From the NCBI GenBank assembly GCA_964541925.1, contig CAZISB010000001.1, positions 83,605-147,604 of the forward strand: a stretch of 64,000 nucleotides of DNA, read 5' to 3'. The notes under the pieces were generated by a model. The model saw only the letters and a list, made by a program, of their open reading frames with translations. It was not told the DNA's origin and did no database searches. A program made the translations under genes and the position numbers. Positions 35,326-44,199 of this stretch are shown piece after piece; the first letter of the stretch is position 1, and the number at the start of each line of letters is the position of its first letter. Origin of the DNA: an uncultured Acidobacteriaceae bacterium (GTDB taxonomy: Bacteria > Acidobacteriota > Terriglobia > Terriglobales > Acidobacteriaceae).

Positions 35326-37014
35326 ATGATGCAGCATCTTCGCCGTCGCTGTTTTCTCTTGGCTGTAATTCTCCTGGTTGTTCCATCAGCGTTGTTCGCG
35401 CAGTGTGGCGTGGAACGCTGGTCGGTGAAAACGGGCACTGATCCCGACGCCGGCCTGGTCAACCTCAATTCTTCTACCAACACAACCGTTGCCTCAATGC
35501 GGGCCATTCCCGCGCCGAGTCCAATTCCTTCGAATAACCGCGTCGCTCCGACCGAGACCACGCAGTGGGTGATCAACGCCACGCTGACACAATACAAACT
35601 GGAGACCGACTCTGACTATCACTTGATTCTGCAGGACGCCTCCGGCAATACCATGATCGTTGAAATTCCCTCGCCTACCTGCGTGGGCGCGGGTAGCCCG
35701 TTCTTGCCGGGCATTCAAAATGCGCGCTCGGAGTTCGACGCCAAATTTACTGCGACTTCCACCTTCCAGACGGCAAACATTCCTGTCCAAGTCAAAGGCG
35801 TAGGGATGTTTGATTTCCTGCACGGGCAAACCGGCGTGGCGCCGAATGGAATCGAACTTCATCCGGTGCTGGATGTCATCTTTAATCCTGCCACGCAAAC
35901 TCCGGATTTCACGCTAAGCGCCTCGCCAGCAAGCGTCTCGATTGCGCAAGGAGGCTCGGGAACAAGCACGATTTCAACAACTGTTTCCGGAGGCTTCAAC
36001 TCCGCAATCTCGCTCTCTGCCAGCGGACTTCCTGCCGGAGTTACAGCCTCTTTCAGTCCGGCATCGATTGCCGCACCTGGCTCCGGAAGTTCAACGCTGA
36101 CATTCACCGCCAGCAGCACGGCGACAACCGGCACTTCCACAGTGACGATCAATGCCAGTGGCGGAGGCGTGTCGCACAGCACCACAGTTTCTCTAACGGT
36201 TTCGGCTACTGCGTCGCCAAACTTCACGGTGAGCGCCTCGCCGGCCAGCGTCTCTGTAACGCAGGGCGGCTCGGGAACCAGTACGATCTCAACGACTGTT
36301 TCCGGCGGCTTCAACTCTGCAATCTCGCTTTCAGCCAGCGGACTTCCTGCCGGAGTTACGGCTGCGTTCAGTCCAGCCTCGATCGCCGCGCCCGGCTCTG
36401 GAAGCTCAACGCTTACGTTCACCGCCAGCAGCACGGCGACAACCGGCACTTCCACGGTGACGATCAATGCCAGCGGCGGAGGGCTCTCGCACAGCACCAC
36501 TGTCTCACTTACAGTGACTGCGGGTGGAGGAACAACAACGCAAATTCTGGGCAATCCCGGATTTGAGAATGGCTCGGCTAACCCGGCCCCGTGGAGCGTC
36601 ACGAGCGGCGTGATCAATAACTCTGCAAGCGAACCGCCTCACTCCGGCACCTGGGACGCATGGCTTGACGGTTACGGTACGAGCCACACTGACACCGTTC
36701 TGCAGACAGTCACCATTCCAGCGGGCGCCACAGCGGCAACGCTGTCCTTCTTCCTGCATATTGACAGCGCTGAAACCAGCACGACGACCGCATTCGATAC
36801 TCTGACGGTGCAGGTGCGTAACTCGTCAGGCACAGTGCTTTCAACTCTGGCCACCTATTCCAACCTGAACAAGGCTGCCGGATATCAGCAGAAGACATTT
36901 AACCTGATTAATTTCAAAGGGCAGACTATCCAGATCTTCTTCGAAGGAGTGGAAGATTTTGAGCTGCAAACCTCATTTGTACTGGACGACATTACCTTGA
37001 ACGTGACGCAATAA
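35326..37014 (+). CDS. secreted protein with two tandem about 105 aa Ig-like repeats and a C-terminal jelly-roll-like domain
   Basis: ATG at 35326 after GGAGG, and the signal peptide MMQHLRRRCFLLAVILLVVPSALFAQ. The internal repeat is listed below. Confidence 0.75.
   Translation: MMQHLRRRCFLLAVILLVVPSALFAQCGVERWSVKTGTDPDAGLVNLNSSTNTTVASMRAIPAPSPIPSNNRVAPTETTQWVINATLTQYKLETDSDYHLILQDASGNTMIVEIPSPTCVGAGSPFLPGIQNARSEFDAKFTATSTFQTANIPVQVKGVGMFDFLHGQTGVAPNGIELHPVLDVIFNPATQTPDFTLSASPASVSIAQGGSGTSTISTTVSGGFNSAISLSASGLPAGVTASFSPASIAAPGSGSSTLTFTASSTATTGTSTVTINASGGGVSHSTTVSLTVSATASPNFTVSASPASVSVTQGGSGTSTISTTVSGGFNSAISLSASGLPAGVTAAFSPASIAAPGSGSSTLTFTASSTATTGTSTVTINASGGGLSHSTTVSLTVTAGGGTTTQILGNPGFENGSANPAPWSVTSGVINNSASEPPHSGTWDAWLDGYGTSHTDTVLQTVTIPAGATAATLSFFLHIDSAETSTTTAFDTLTVQVRNSSGTVLSTLATYSNLNKAAGYQQKTFNLINFKGQTIQIFFEGVEDFELQTSFVLDDITLNVTQ
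35905..36523 (+). repeat. in-frame tandem duplication, 2 x 315 bp
   Basis: Unit 1 starts at 35905 (gatttcacgctaagcgcc) and unit 2 at 36220 (aacttcacggtgagcgcc). The encoded units (DFTLSASPASVSIAQGGSGTSTISTTVSGGFNSAISLSASGLPAGVTA...) differ at only a handful of residues. Confidence 0.9.
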
Positions 37015-37025
37015 GGAGAGAACTT

Positions 37026-37712
37026 ATGAAGAAACTTACACTTTGTGCTTTGTTGCTTTGCGGCCTGGCGACCTGCGTCCTTTCGGCGCAACAGGCGACG
37101 ACCATCGATCGCCCGGCGGAGCCAAACTTTTTGTTTGACGATGATGGCGGAAAGGTCCAAATCGTCCCCGCAGATCTTTCCGTAACTGGATCAAAGACGT
37201 TTCACGGCGGCGCAGTGCTGCAATCAGCCCGTCAGGTAAGCATCTTTCTTGGCTCTGGTTGGGGCGATCAGCAATTCCGTCCGCGCGAAACTTCCCTTGT
37301 TGACGTTACTGCCGACGTGGGAAATGCGCACATAACTGAAATGAAAAATCACAACATCAAAACGCTGCGCTCTGCGACACAGCTTGAGGACTTCAGCGAT
37401 CTCAGCAAGTCGAAAGTCAACGACCTGACGATCCAGCAGAAGCTCTCAGACCTGCTGCAGAGCAAAGCCATTCCCGCGCCGGCTGCCGGCACGGTCTATG
37501 TAATCTTCCTTGCTCCGGGTGTTGAATCTACTCTGGGCGGGAACAAGGCAGGAGTTGATTACGCGGCCTACCACAACTTCGTCAACCTGGAAGCCGGCGA
37601 AATTCACTATGTGGTGGTGCCGTTTCATCAGGATGCGCAGAAGCACACCGCTGCTGCAACGCGCGCTTTTGCGGAAACAGCTCTGAATCCGAACGGACGG
37701 GGCTGGTTCTGA
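37026..37712 (+). CDS. secreted hypothetical protein
   Basis: 228 aa with the signal peptide MKKLTLCALLLCGLATCVLSAQ. It lies 12 nt after the previous gene. Confidence 0.6.
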   Translation: MKKLTLCALLLCGLATCVLSAQQATTIDRPAEPNFLFDDDGGKVQIVPADLSVTGSKTFHGGAVLQSARQVSIFLGSGWGDQQFRPRETSLVDVTADVGNAHITEMKNHNIKTLRSATQLEDFSDLSKSKVNDLTIQQKLSDLLQSKAIPAPAAGTVYVIFLAPGVESTLGGNKAGVDYAAYHNFVNLEAGEIHYVVVPFHQDAQKHTAAATRAFAETALNPNGRGWF

Positions 37713-37713
37713 A

Positions 37714-37789
37714 GCAATCGGGACATCGGTTCATCGGGATATCGGTTCATCTGAAGGAGAAGCCGGCTGTTTCGATATCCGATGTCCCC
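37714..37789. repeat. cargo-less hairpin element built from NNCATCGG octamers
   Basis: gcaatcgg gacatcgg ttcatcgg gatatcgg ttcatc, a 21 nt loop, then cgatatccgatgtcccc, which is the reverse complement of ggggacatcggatatcg. Confidence 0.75.
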
Positions 37790-37902
37790 GTTTCAGTTTT
37801 CACGCGCGCGGGTACCCCATCCTTTGCGGCCTTTAAAATTCCGCTTACACTCGTGAATCCCTAATGGCCGCAGAGGGTTGGATACGGAAAGAAGGATGAA
37901 GA

Positions 37903-38814
37903 TTAGCGCTTTTCTTCTTCATCCTCGTCCTTCTCGCTGCCCGGGTGATTTTGAATCCATTTTGCTGCCGCTGCCTCGGCCCGCTTTTTTCGAGCAGATG
38001 AAATGGCTATCGCCAATCTGTCCGCCTCTTTCTTGCTGTCATTCGATCCGAACTTTGCGCCAATCGTGAACCATGTAAATGCCCGCTCCATATCCGGTCC
38101 ACACTTCCTCAAATAGAGCATTCCCAGTTCATGCATGGCCTGCGCCTGGCCGTGCGCGGCTGCTTCTTCATACCAATGGACCGCCGCCGGGCACTTGCCC
38201 TGCCCAGCAGACTCTCTTGCCAGCTCCAACTGCGCCGCCGGATGTTCCTGGTGTGCTGCTTTGGCGTACCACTTATGCGCTTCTGCCGCATCCTTGCTCA
38301 CACCCGTACCTTCATCCAGCGCTTTGGCCAGATGAATTTGCGCCTCCACGTTTCCCTGCGCAGCGGCCTTGCGATTCCACTCGGCTGCCTGCGCCGGATC
38401 AGCAGCAACACCAAAGCCACGCTCATACATGAATGCCAGATCGCGCTGCGCGCGCGGATCACCCTGCTCCGCCGCTTTGCGCTCCCAGATCAAAGCCTTC
38501 GCATAATCGGCCGGTACGCCGCGACCATAAAGATAGATTCGGCCAAGCTCATATTCTGCTGGCGCGTATCCCTGATTGGCTGCTTCGGTCAGCCAGTGAA
38601 TTGATTCTTTTCCGTTCGGCTGCACGTGCTGGCCAAGGTCATAGCAGAAGGCCAACGCGGTCTGCGCGTCTGGGGACTTTGCTTCTACCTTCTTCTGCAA
38701 GGCAGCGAACCCGGCATCATCGCGCGGGCAAATGGGCGTCTGGACTTCCTGCGAACGCGCAACACCAAAGCTCAGTATCAAGACAGTGAGGAAAATAGGC
38801 TTGAGTAGTCTCAT
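37903..38814 (-). CDS. Sel1-like (TPR family) repeat protein, secreted
   Basis: 303 aa with a signal peptide and repeated AxxWYxKAAxQGxxxAQ units (for example AHKWYAKAAHQEHPAAQ, AAEWNRKAAAQGNVEAQ). Confidence 0.85.
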   Translation of the reverse strand: MRLLKPIFLTVLILSFGVARSQEVQTPICPRDDAGFAALQKKVEAKSPDAQTALAFCYDLGQHVQPNGKESIHWLTEAANQGYAPAEYELGRIYLYGRGVPADYAKALIWERKAAEQGDPRAQRDLAFMYERGFGVAADPAQAAEWNRKAAAQGNVEAQIHLAKALDEGTGVSKDAAEAHKWYAKAAHQEHPAAQLELARESAGQGKCPAAVHWYEEAAAHGQAQAMHELGMLYLRKCGPDMERAFTWFTIGAKFGSNDSKKEADRLAIAISSARKKRAEAAAAKWIQNHPGSEKDEDEEEKR

Positions 38815-38960
38815 GATCGGTTCGTTTGCGAGGGCATCAGTATAGTTCGAGTTGCGCAGTCCGCTCCAGATTGTCCACAGGCTTTTTACCTTCTCTTAAT
38901 ATTCCAAAACGGAACAAACGCAAAAAAACGGACTCTCGGGAGATCAGAGTCCACATAAAA

Positions 38961-39010
38961 ATCTCACCACGGATGAACACGGATTTAAGGAATCGGGAAT
39001 AGTGGTGAGG
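38961..39010. repeat. hairpin element of the CACCACGGATGAACACGGAT family
   Basis: atCTCACCACggatgaacacggatttaaggaatcgggaataGTGGTGAGg. It has an 8 bp stem. The loop carries one ACACGGAT-type unit and one ATCGGGA unit. Confidence 0.7.
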
Positions 39011-39096
39011 TTTGCTGACACGTCCGCCATCCGCGAGTTACAATTCTCGGTTTCATGTAACGCTGTCTTTCCATTCAGCACTCATGGAGGCATCCC

Positions 39097-39756
39097 GTGG
39101 ACGATCTGCCCGACAAGCCTGGTAAGCCCGATAAAAAATCCAACAAATCTAAAAAGTCTTCCGTCCCCGGAGTTTCACGCCGCGACTTCCTGAAAATTTC
39201 CGGCGTCTCCGCGGCTGCTCCGCTGGTCAGCCATGTTGGTGCGCTGGCGTTTGCAGAAGAGCAGGCTGCCATGCAAGGACCGGGCAAGGTGCCGGTCTCA
39301 CTCAACGTCAATGGCAAAAAGCTGAGCGCGCAACTCGAGCCGCGGGTCACGTTGCTCGACGCTCTGCGCGACCAGTTTGATCTCACCGGCGCCAAGCGCG
39401 TCTGCGATCGCGGCACCTGCGGCGCCTGCACGGTGCTGATGGATGAAAAGCCCGTTTACTCCTGCTCCATCCTCGCCATCGACGCGCAAAATCATCAGAT
39501 CACCACGGTGGAAGGCCTGGGCGAGCCCGGCAAGCTTCATCCCGTGCAGCAGGCGTTTATCGACAATGACGGGCAGCAGTGCGGCTTCTGCACACCGGGA
39601 TTCGTGGTAGCAACCAAGGCGTTCCTCGATCAGCATCCCAACCCCACGCCGGAGCAGATCAAGCACGGGCTGGGCGGGAATTTCTGCCGGTGCGGGACCT
39701 ATGCCGGCATTCGCGCCGCTGTGATGCAGGCGGCGGGAAAGACGAAAGGAGCCTAA
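39097..39756 (+). CDS. xanthine dehydrogenase family (2Fe-2S) small subunit with Tat signal
   Basis: GTG start after GGAGG. It has SRRDFLKISGVSAAAP and the Cys clusters CDRGTCGACTV and CGFCTPG...CRCGTY. Confidence 0.92.
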   Translation: MDDLPDKPGKPDKKSNKSKKSSVPGVSRRDFLKISGVSAAAPLVSHVGALAFAEEQAAMQGPGKVPVSLNVNGKKLSAQLEPRVTLLDALRDQFDLTGAKRVCDRGTCGACTVLMDEKPVYSCSILAIDAQNHQITTVEGLGEPGKLHPVQQAFIDNDGQQCGFCTPGFVVATKAFLDQHPNPTPEQIKHGLGGNFCRCGTYAGIRAAVMQAAGKTKGA

Positions 39757-39759
39757 TCC

Positions 39760-42129
39760 ATGGCCGACGATACCAAATACTCATGGCCCGCAGCAGAACA
39801 GCGGTCATTGATCGGCAAGCGCATCTCGCGCGTGGATGGCCCCGACAAGGTCTCCGGCCGCGCCAAGTACACCTATGACGTTCATCGGCCCGGCATGCTC
39901 TTTGGCAAAGTGGTGCGCTCGCCGCACGCGCATGCTAAGGTCGTGAGCGTGGACATTTCCGCGGCGGAGAAGATGCCTGGCGTAAAGGCCGTTCACATCA
40001 TTCAGGATGCAGGCAGCGAAATTCACTGGGCGGGGGATGACATCGTCGTGATCGCCGCCGTTGATGAGCCAACAGCTGCCGACGCGGCGCGCGCCATCAA
40101 AGTTGAATATGAACCTCTTCCCTTTTTCGTTGACGATTTTACGCAACCGCAGAACGTAGCTGAAAGCACTGGCCCGCTTACCCAGCGTGACATCGGCCAA
40201 ATGTTGAACGACGATGCGCCAGACGATCAGGTGATTGCCGCCGTGCAAAAGCGTAGTCTGGCGTTCAAGGTGACGCCCGAACTGGAAAAGCGGCTGAAAG
40301 ACAATGAGGTTAGCGATGAAGTAATCAAGGCGCTTAAGGCGGCTCCCGTGAAAGAGCCGCAGCCTAACAACTCGCCTTATAAGAAGGAAAGCGAGCAGGT
40401 GAAAGGCGATCCTGACGCCGCCTTCAAACAAGCGGATGCAGTTTCCGAAGGCGTTTATGGCTGCCCGGTGATCACCCACTGCTGTCTGGAGAGCCACGGC
40501 TCCATCGCTGAGTGGACTGACAACGATCATCTGTTTGCCCACATTTCCACCCAGAACGTCTCTGGTCTTGCCGGCCAGTACGCGCAGGCGCTAAAAATCC
40601 CGGAAGCTAACGTTCACGTGCATCAGGATCATATTGGTGGAGGGTTCGGCAGCAAATTTGGGATCGACCGCTGGGGCGCTTACACAGCGCAGGTCTCGAA
40701 AAAAGCCGGCGGCAAGCCGGTACGTGTGATGCTGGAGCGCGACGCTGAGTTAGAAGTCGCGGGCTGCCGTCCTTCTGCATTCGCCAAGGTGAAGGTGGGA
40801 GTCAAAAAAGACGGCACAATCACCGCCTGGCAATCTGACTCATGGGGCACCGGAGGTCCCGGCGGAGGCGGCGCTCCACCCATGCCCTACGTCTTGACCA
40901 ACATTCCCAACCAGCGCAAGCAGCACACTGCTGTTGCTACCAATATTGGCCCGGCGCGCGCGTGGCGGGCGCCCAATCATCCGCAGGGCTGCCTCATCAC
41001 CATGGCAGCCATTGATGATGCCGCCGCCAAGCTCGGCATGGATCCTCTCGATCTGATGCTGAAGAACCTCAACCTGGCCGCGGCCCGCGCTGAGGTTTAT
41101 CACGACGAGCTTCTGATCGCCGCCGACCTGATCGGCTGGAAGAAGAATTGGCATCCACGCGGACAAGGCTCCGGCACGACCACGCGCGGCCTCGGCCTCG
41201 CCATTCACACCTGGGGCGGGCGCGGACATGAGAGCAACTGCGAGCTAACCATCACTCCGACCGGCGCAGTGGGCATCAAGATGGGGACGCAAGACTTGGG
41301 CGTGGGAACTCGCACTGCAATTCTGATCGTTGCAGGCGATACGCTTGGACTTCCCATCAACCAAATTGATCTGAAAATTGGCGACAACCAGTATCCGGCT
41401 TCAGGCGGCTCAGGCGGCAGCACCACGATCGGCGGCGTCAGTTCCTCAACGCGCCGCGCTGCTGTGGATGCCCGCGATCAGCTCTTCGCCAAGGTCGCAG
41501 GCGCGCTCAATGCCAAACCGGAAGAGTTGGAAGCCGTGAGCGGAACCATTCGAGTGAAGTCAGCGCCTTCACGCAGCATGAATTGGAAAGATGCCTGCGC
41601 TCGCCTGGGCACACAGCCCATTCAGGTGATCGGCAAGAACCCGGGCCCGGGCGATCTGATTTCCTCCGGCGTTGGCGGCGTGGTAATGGCCGATGTCTCG
41701 GTGGATAAGGAAACCGGCATCGTCAAAATGAACAAGATGGTCTGCGTGCAGGATTGCGGGCTCATTATCAGCATGAAAACCGCGGAAAGCCAGGTGTATG
41801 GCGCCATGATTATGGGGATTGCCACCTCGCTTTACGAAGAAAAAATCATGGACCTGAACAGCGGCCAAATGCTCAACCCCAACATGGATTTTTATCGCCT
41901 CGCCGGGATCGGTGATGTCGGCGAGCTGGTGGTGCACATGATGACCGGCAAAGGCTACGACGAGCGCGGGCCCATCGGCCTGGGTGAGCCGCCGACCGTC
42001 GGCCCGATGGCCGCGATCTCCAACGCTGTGGCTAATGCGGTTGGTGTGCGTGTTCCCTTCCTGCCGCTCACGCCGGACCGCGTCCTGGCCGCGCTCAACT
42101 CCAAAGGAGGCAGCAATGCGACCGTTTGA
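39760..42129 (+). CDS. xanthine dehydrogenase family molybdopterin-binding large subunit
   Basis: 789 aa with GKRISRVDGPDKVSGRAKYTYD at the N-terminus, GGGFGSK, and a C-terminal GLGEPP. Confidence 0.92.
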   Translation: MADDTKYSWPAAEQRSLIGKRISRVDGPDKVSGRAKYTYDVHRPGMLFGKVVRSPHAHAKVVSVDISAAEKMPGVKAVHIIQDAGSEIHWAGDDIVVIAAVDEPTAADAARAIKVEYEPLPFFVDDFTQPQNVAESTGPLTQRDIGQMLNDDAPDDQVIAAVQKRSLAFKVTPELEKRLKDNEVSDEVIKALKAAPVKEPQPNNSPYKKESEQVKGDPDAAFKQADAVSEGVYGCPVITHCCLESHGSIAEWTDNDHLFAHISTQNVSGLAGQYAQALKIPEANVHVHQDHIGGGFGSKFGIDRWGAYTAQVSKKAGGKPVRVMLERDAELEVAGCRPSAFAKVKVGVKKDGTITAWQSDSWGTGGPGGGGAPPMPYVLTNIPNQRKQHTAVATNIGPARAWRAPNHPQGCLITMAAIDDAAAKLGMDPLDLMLKNLNLAAARAEVYHDELLIAADLIGWKKNWHPRGQGSGTTTRGLGLAIHTWGGRGHESNCELTITPTGAVGIKMGTQDLGVGTRTAILIVAGDTLGLPINQIDLKIGDNQYPASGGSGGSTTIGGVSSSTRRAAVDARDQLFAKVAGALNAKPEELEAVSGTIRVKSAPSRSMNWKDACARLGTQPIQVIGKNPGPGDLISSGVGGVVMADVSVDKETGIVKMNKMVCVQDCGLIISMKTAESQVYGAMIMGIATSLYEEKIMDLNSGQMLNPNMDFYRLAGIGDVGELVVHMMTGKGYDERGPIGLGEPPTVGPMAAISNAVANAVGVRVPFLPLTPDRVLAALNSKGGSNATV

Positions 42130-43141
42130 ATACTCCAGTCCCACGAGCCCGGAGCAAGTGCCCGCCCTGCTGGGAAAGAACTGGGGTGAGGTGGAGATTC
42201 TTGCCGGCGGCAGTGATCTGCTCTCCCTGATGAAAGATGAGGTCACCACGCCCAAGCGGCTGGTGAACATCAAAAACATTGCCGGGCTGCACGCCATCAG
42301 CAATGAAGGCGGCGCTCTGCATTTGGGGGCATTGGTTACGCTGGACAGGATCGGCGCAGCCTTGCAGATCCAGAAGCAACATCCTGTGCTCGCGGCTGCT
42401 GCAGGTGACGCCGCCAGTCCGCAAATTCGCAACGTGGCCACCATCGGCGGCAATCTCTGCCAGCGCCCGCGCTGCTGGTACTTCCGAACTGGTCATGGAC
42501 TGCTGGCGCAGAAAGACGGAAAGTCGCTTGTTCTCCAGGGCGACAATCGCTATCACGCCATTCTCGGCAACGATGGGCCCGCTTACTTCGTGAGCCCTTC
42601 AACCGTGGCGCCTGTGTTGATAGCTTACAACGCCAAGCTCAAAATTCTTGGCCCGCGTGGCTCGCGTGATCTGCCGTTAGAAAAGTTTTTCGTCATCCCC
42701 AAAACAGATCAGGAGCGTGAGCACGATCTGAAGCCCGACGAGTTCATCACAAACGTTATTGTTCCACCAGCTCCCCACGTCAGGGCGGCGCACTATGAAG
42801 TCCGGCAAAAAGAAGCCTTTGACTGGCCTTATGCCACCGCTGCGGTGGCGCTTACCATGAACGGCAGCACCGTGCAGAGCGCGCGCGTAGTGATGGGGCA
42901 CGTCGCGCCTATTCCCTGGGTCTCGGCGGAAGCAGCGCAGGCGCTGCAAGGCAAAGCCGTAACTCAGGCCACTGCAGAGGAGGCAGCCAAAGCAGCAGTT
43001 TCCAGGGCCAAGAGCCTTGGAAACAACGCACAGAAAATCCATCTTGCCCGCGTGGCGGTGAAGCGGGCCATTCTGGCAGCGGCCGGCGCTTCGGCGCACG
43101 CGGCCATCACGCGCAATGGGGATGAAGGAGGCGCAGCATGA
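42116..43141 (+). CDS. xanthine dehydrogenase family FAD-binding subunit
   Basis: I start it at the ATG at 42116, overlapping the previous gene by 14 nt. It has MRPFEYSSPTSPEQ..ILAGGSDLLSLMK and ATIGGNLCQRPRCWYFR. Confidence 0.9.
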   Translation: MRPFEYSSPTSPEQVPALLGKNWGEVEILAGGSDLLSLMKDEVTTPKRLVNIKNIAGLHAISNEGGALHLGALVTLDRIGAALQIQKQHPVLAAAAGDAASPQIRNVATIGGNLCQRPRCWYFRTGHGLLAQKDGKSLVLQGDNRYHAILGNDGPAYFVSPSTVAPVLIAYNAKLKILGPRGSRDLPLEKFFVIPKTDQEREHDLKPDEFITNVIVPPAPHVRAAHYEVRQKEAFDWPYATAAVALTMNGSTVQSARVVMGHVAPIPWVSAEAAQALQGKAVTQATAEEAAKAAVSRAKSLGNNAQKIHLARVAVKRAILAAAGASAHAAITRNGDEGGAA

Positions 43142-43368
43142 GCAACGTACCTGATCGCTTCAACACTGATCGTCCGGGGCTGTGCTCCGCGCTGCATTGG
43201 AAGAGCCAGTACGTCTGGTCGCAGGCTGATCCCACGGTCCCTCGCTCTGGTGACGGCCTCTTCTGGTGCGCGTTGACGCAGACATGCATCGGGCCGGATG
43301 GGAAGCTGGCCGAGCCGGGCAACTGCTGCTCCGGTGAGCGTGGCTGCCACTGCGGAGCAAGCAAGTAA
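43138..43368 (+). CDS. small Cys-rich protein, translationally coupled to the FAD subunit
   Basis: 76 aa. It has the ATGA overlap and GAAGGAGG 6 nt upstream. It contains 7 Cys, including FWCALTQTCIGPDGKLAEPGNCCSGERGCHC. Confidence 0.6.
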   Translation: MSNVPDRFNTDRPGLCSALHWKSQYVWSQADPTVPRSGDGLFWCALTQTCIGPDGKLAEPGNCCSGERGCHCGASK

Positions 43369-43432
43369 GCTCCACGGCGTGTTCTTAAAAGCGAATTGCG
43401 CTGCCGGAGTAAAATAGAAGCAAGGAGAACCT

Positions 43433-44098
43433 ATGCGCGCCGTCTCTGCATTCTTACTTTTGCTCTTAGCTCCTGCGCTGTTCGCCGCCTCCCAGCCTCA
43501 GATCAAGGGCCAGTACCTGGAAACCCGCAGCGCCGATGTGTATGTTGGCCAGTGCTTCGCCAATGGCGAGATGAACCTCACCGGCCAGGAGGCAATCGTC
43601 GCCTGGCATATTAATGAAGGCGCGTGGGACGGAGTTTTACTTGCAGGGTTGACGGTGGTCGGCGCGATCAAGGCACAAGCTACGCTGGGCGACCCGTATG
43701 GCAAGCCTTATCCGGCGAAATCAGTGCTGCTTGTGGACCGTCAGGCCACCCCGCAACAGCGGCAGGCGCTGATCAATTTTGCCCAGGAGATGGGCGGCGA
43801 ACTTCTTCGCCATGTAGTGCGCGTGATTGACACGCGCATTGATATGGAAATTGCTGAAGGACAGCACAGCGCCCGCGCGCGCCTGATGGCCGGTAATGTG
43901 GTTACGGTGGAGACCCGGGCCATCGGCGAGAAAGACCATCTCTGCGGAAATGAAAACACCTTTTACCAGCCGCTCACTCAAACGGCCCATGCCATGCCTG
44001 CAGTCGCGATGACCGATGAATATCGTGGCAATGACCTGGACACCTCCTGGACGCTGCATGATAAACGCAGCGCGTTTGTCGGGACGTTTGCGCGGTAA
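43433..44098 (+). CDS. secreted hypothetical protein (DUF1326-like by recollection)
   Basis: 221 aa with AAGGAG upstream and a signal peptide. The IKGQYLETRS... layout resembles DUF1326 but lacks its Cys residues. The assignment is tentative. Confidence 0.55.
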   Translation: MRAVSAFLLLLLAPALFAASQPQIKGQYLETRSADVYVGQCFANGEMNLTGQEAIVAWHINEGAWDGVLLAGLTVVGAIKAQATLGDPYGKPYPAKSVLLVDRQATPQQRQALINFAQEMGGELLRHVVRVIDTRIDMEIAEGQHSARARLMAGNVVTVETRAIGEKDHLCGNENTFYQPLTQTAHAMPAVAMTDEYRGNDLDTSWTLHDKRSAFVGTFAR

Positions 44099-44111
44099 AT
44101 ATTTCCTGAGC

Positions 44112-44140
44112 AAAAGGCCATCTTTGCGATGGCCTTTTTA
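44112..44140 (+). terminator. intrinsic terminator
   Basis: AAAGGCCATC tttgc GATGGCCTTT followed by TT. Confidence 0.7.
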
Positions 44141-44199
44141 GCAACTAATCCCAATTCATCTGACATCCGCGTGTGGTAATCTTCTTCGCTTACTCAACT

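Noticed and set aside
35859-36617. 252 aa minus-strand ORF with internal repeats.
   Set aside because: It is the antisense image of the 2 x 315 bp tandem duplication. The plus-strand frame has a signal peptide and an SD, and continues well beyond it.
32405-39010. Short tandem oligomer arrays, considered as possible CRISPR.
   Set aside because: The units are 7-10 nt and directly adjacent with no spacers, and no cas genes are present. They are tandem oligomer (STRR/REP-like) repeats, not CRISPR.
38815-39096. Possible molybdenum-cofactor riboswitch upstream of the xanthine-dehydrogenase-family operon.
   Set aside because: I could not find the conserved Moco-motif blocks. The only structure present is the repeat-family hairpin.
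39805-42453. Minus-strand ORFs of 245 aa (39805..40542) and 294 aa (41569..42453).
   Set aside because: They are antisense to the molybdopterin and FAD subunit genes, so they are shadow ORFs.
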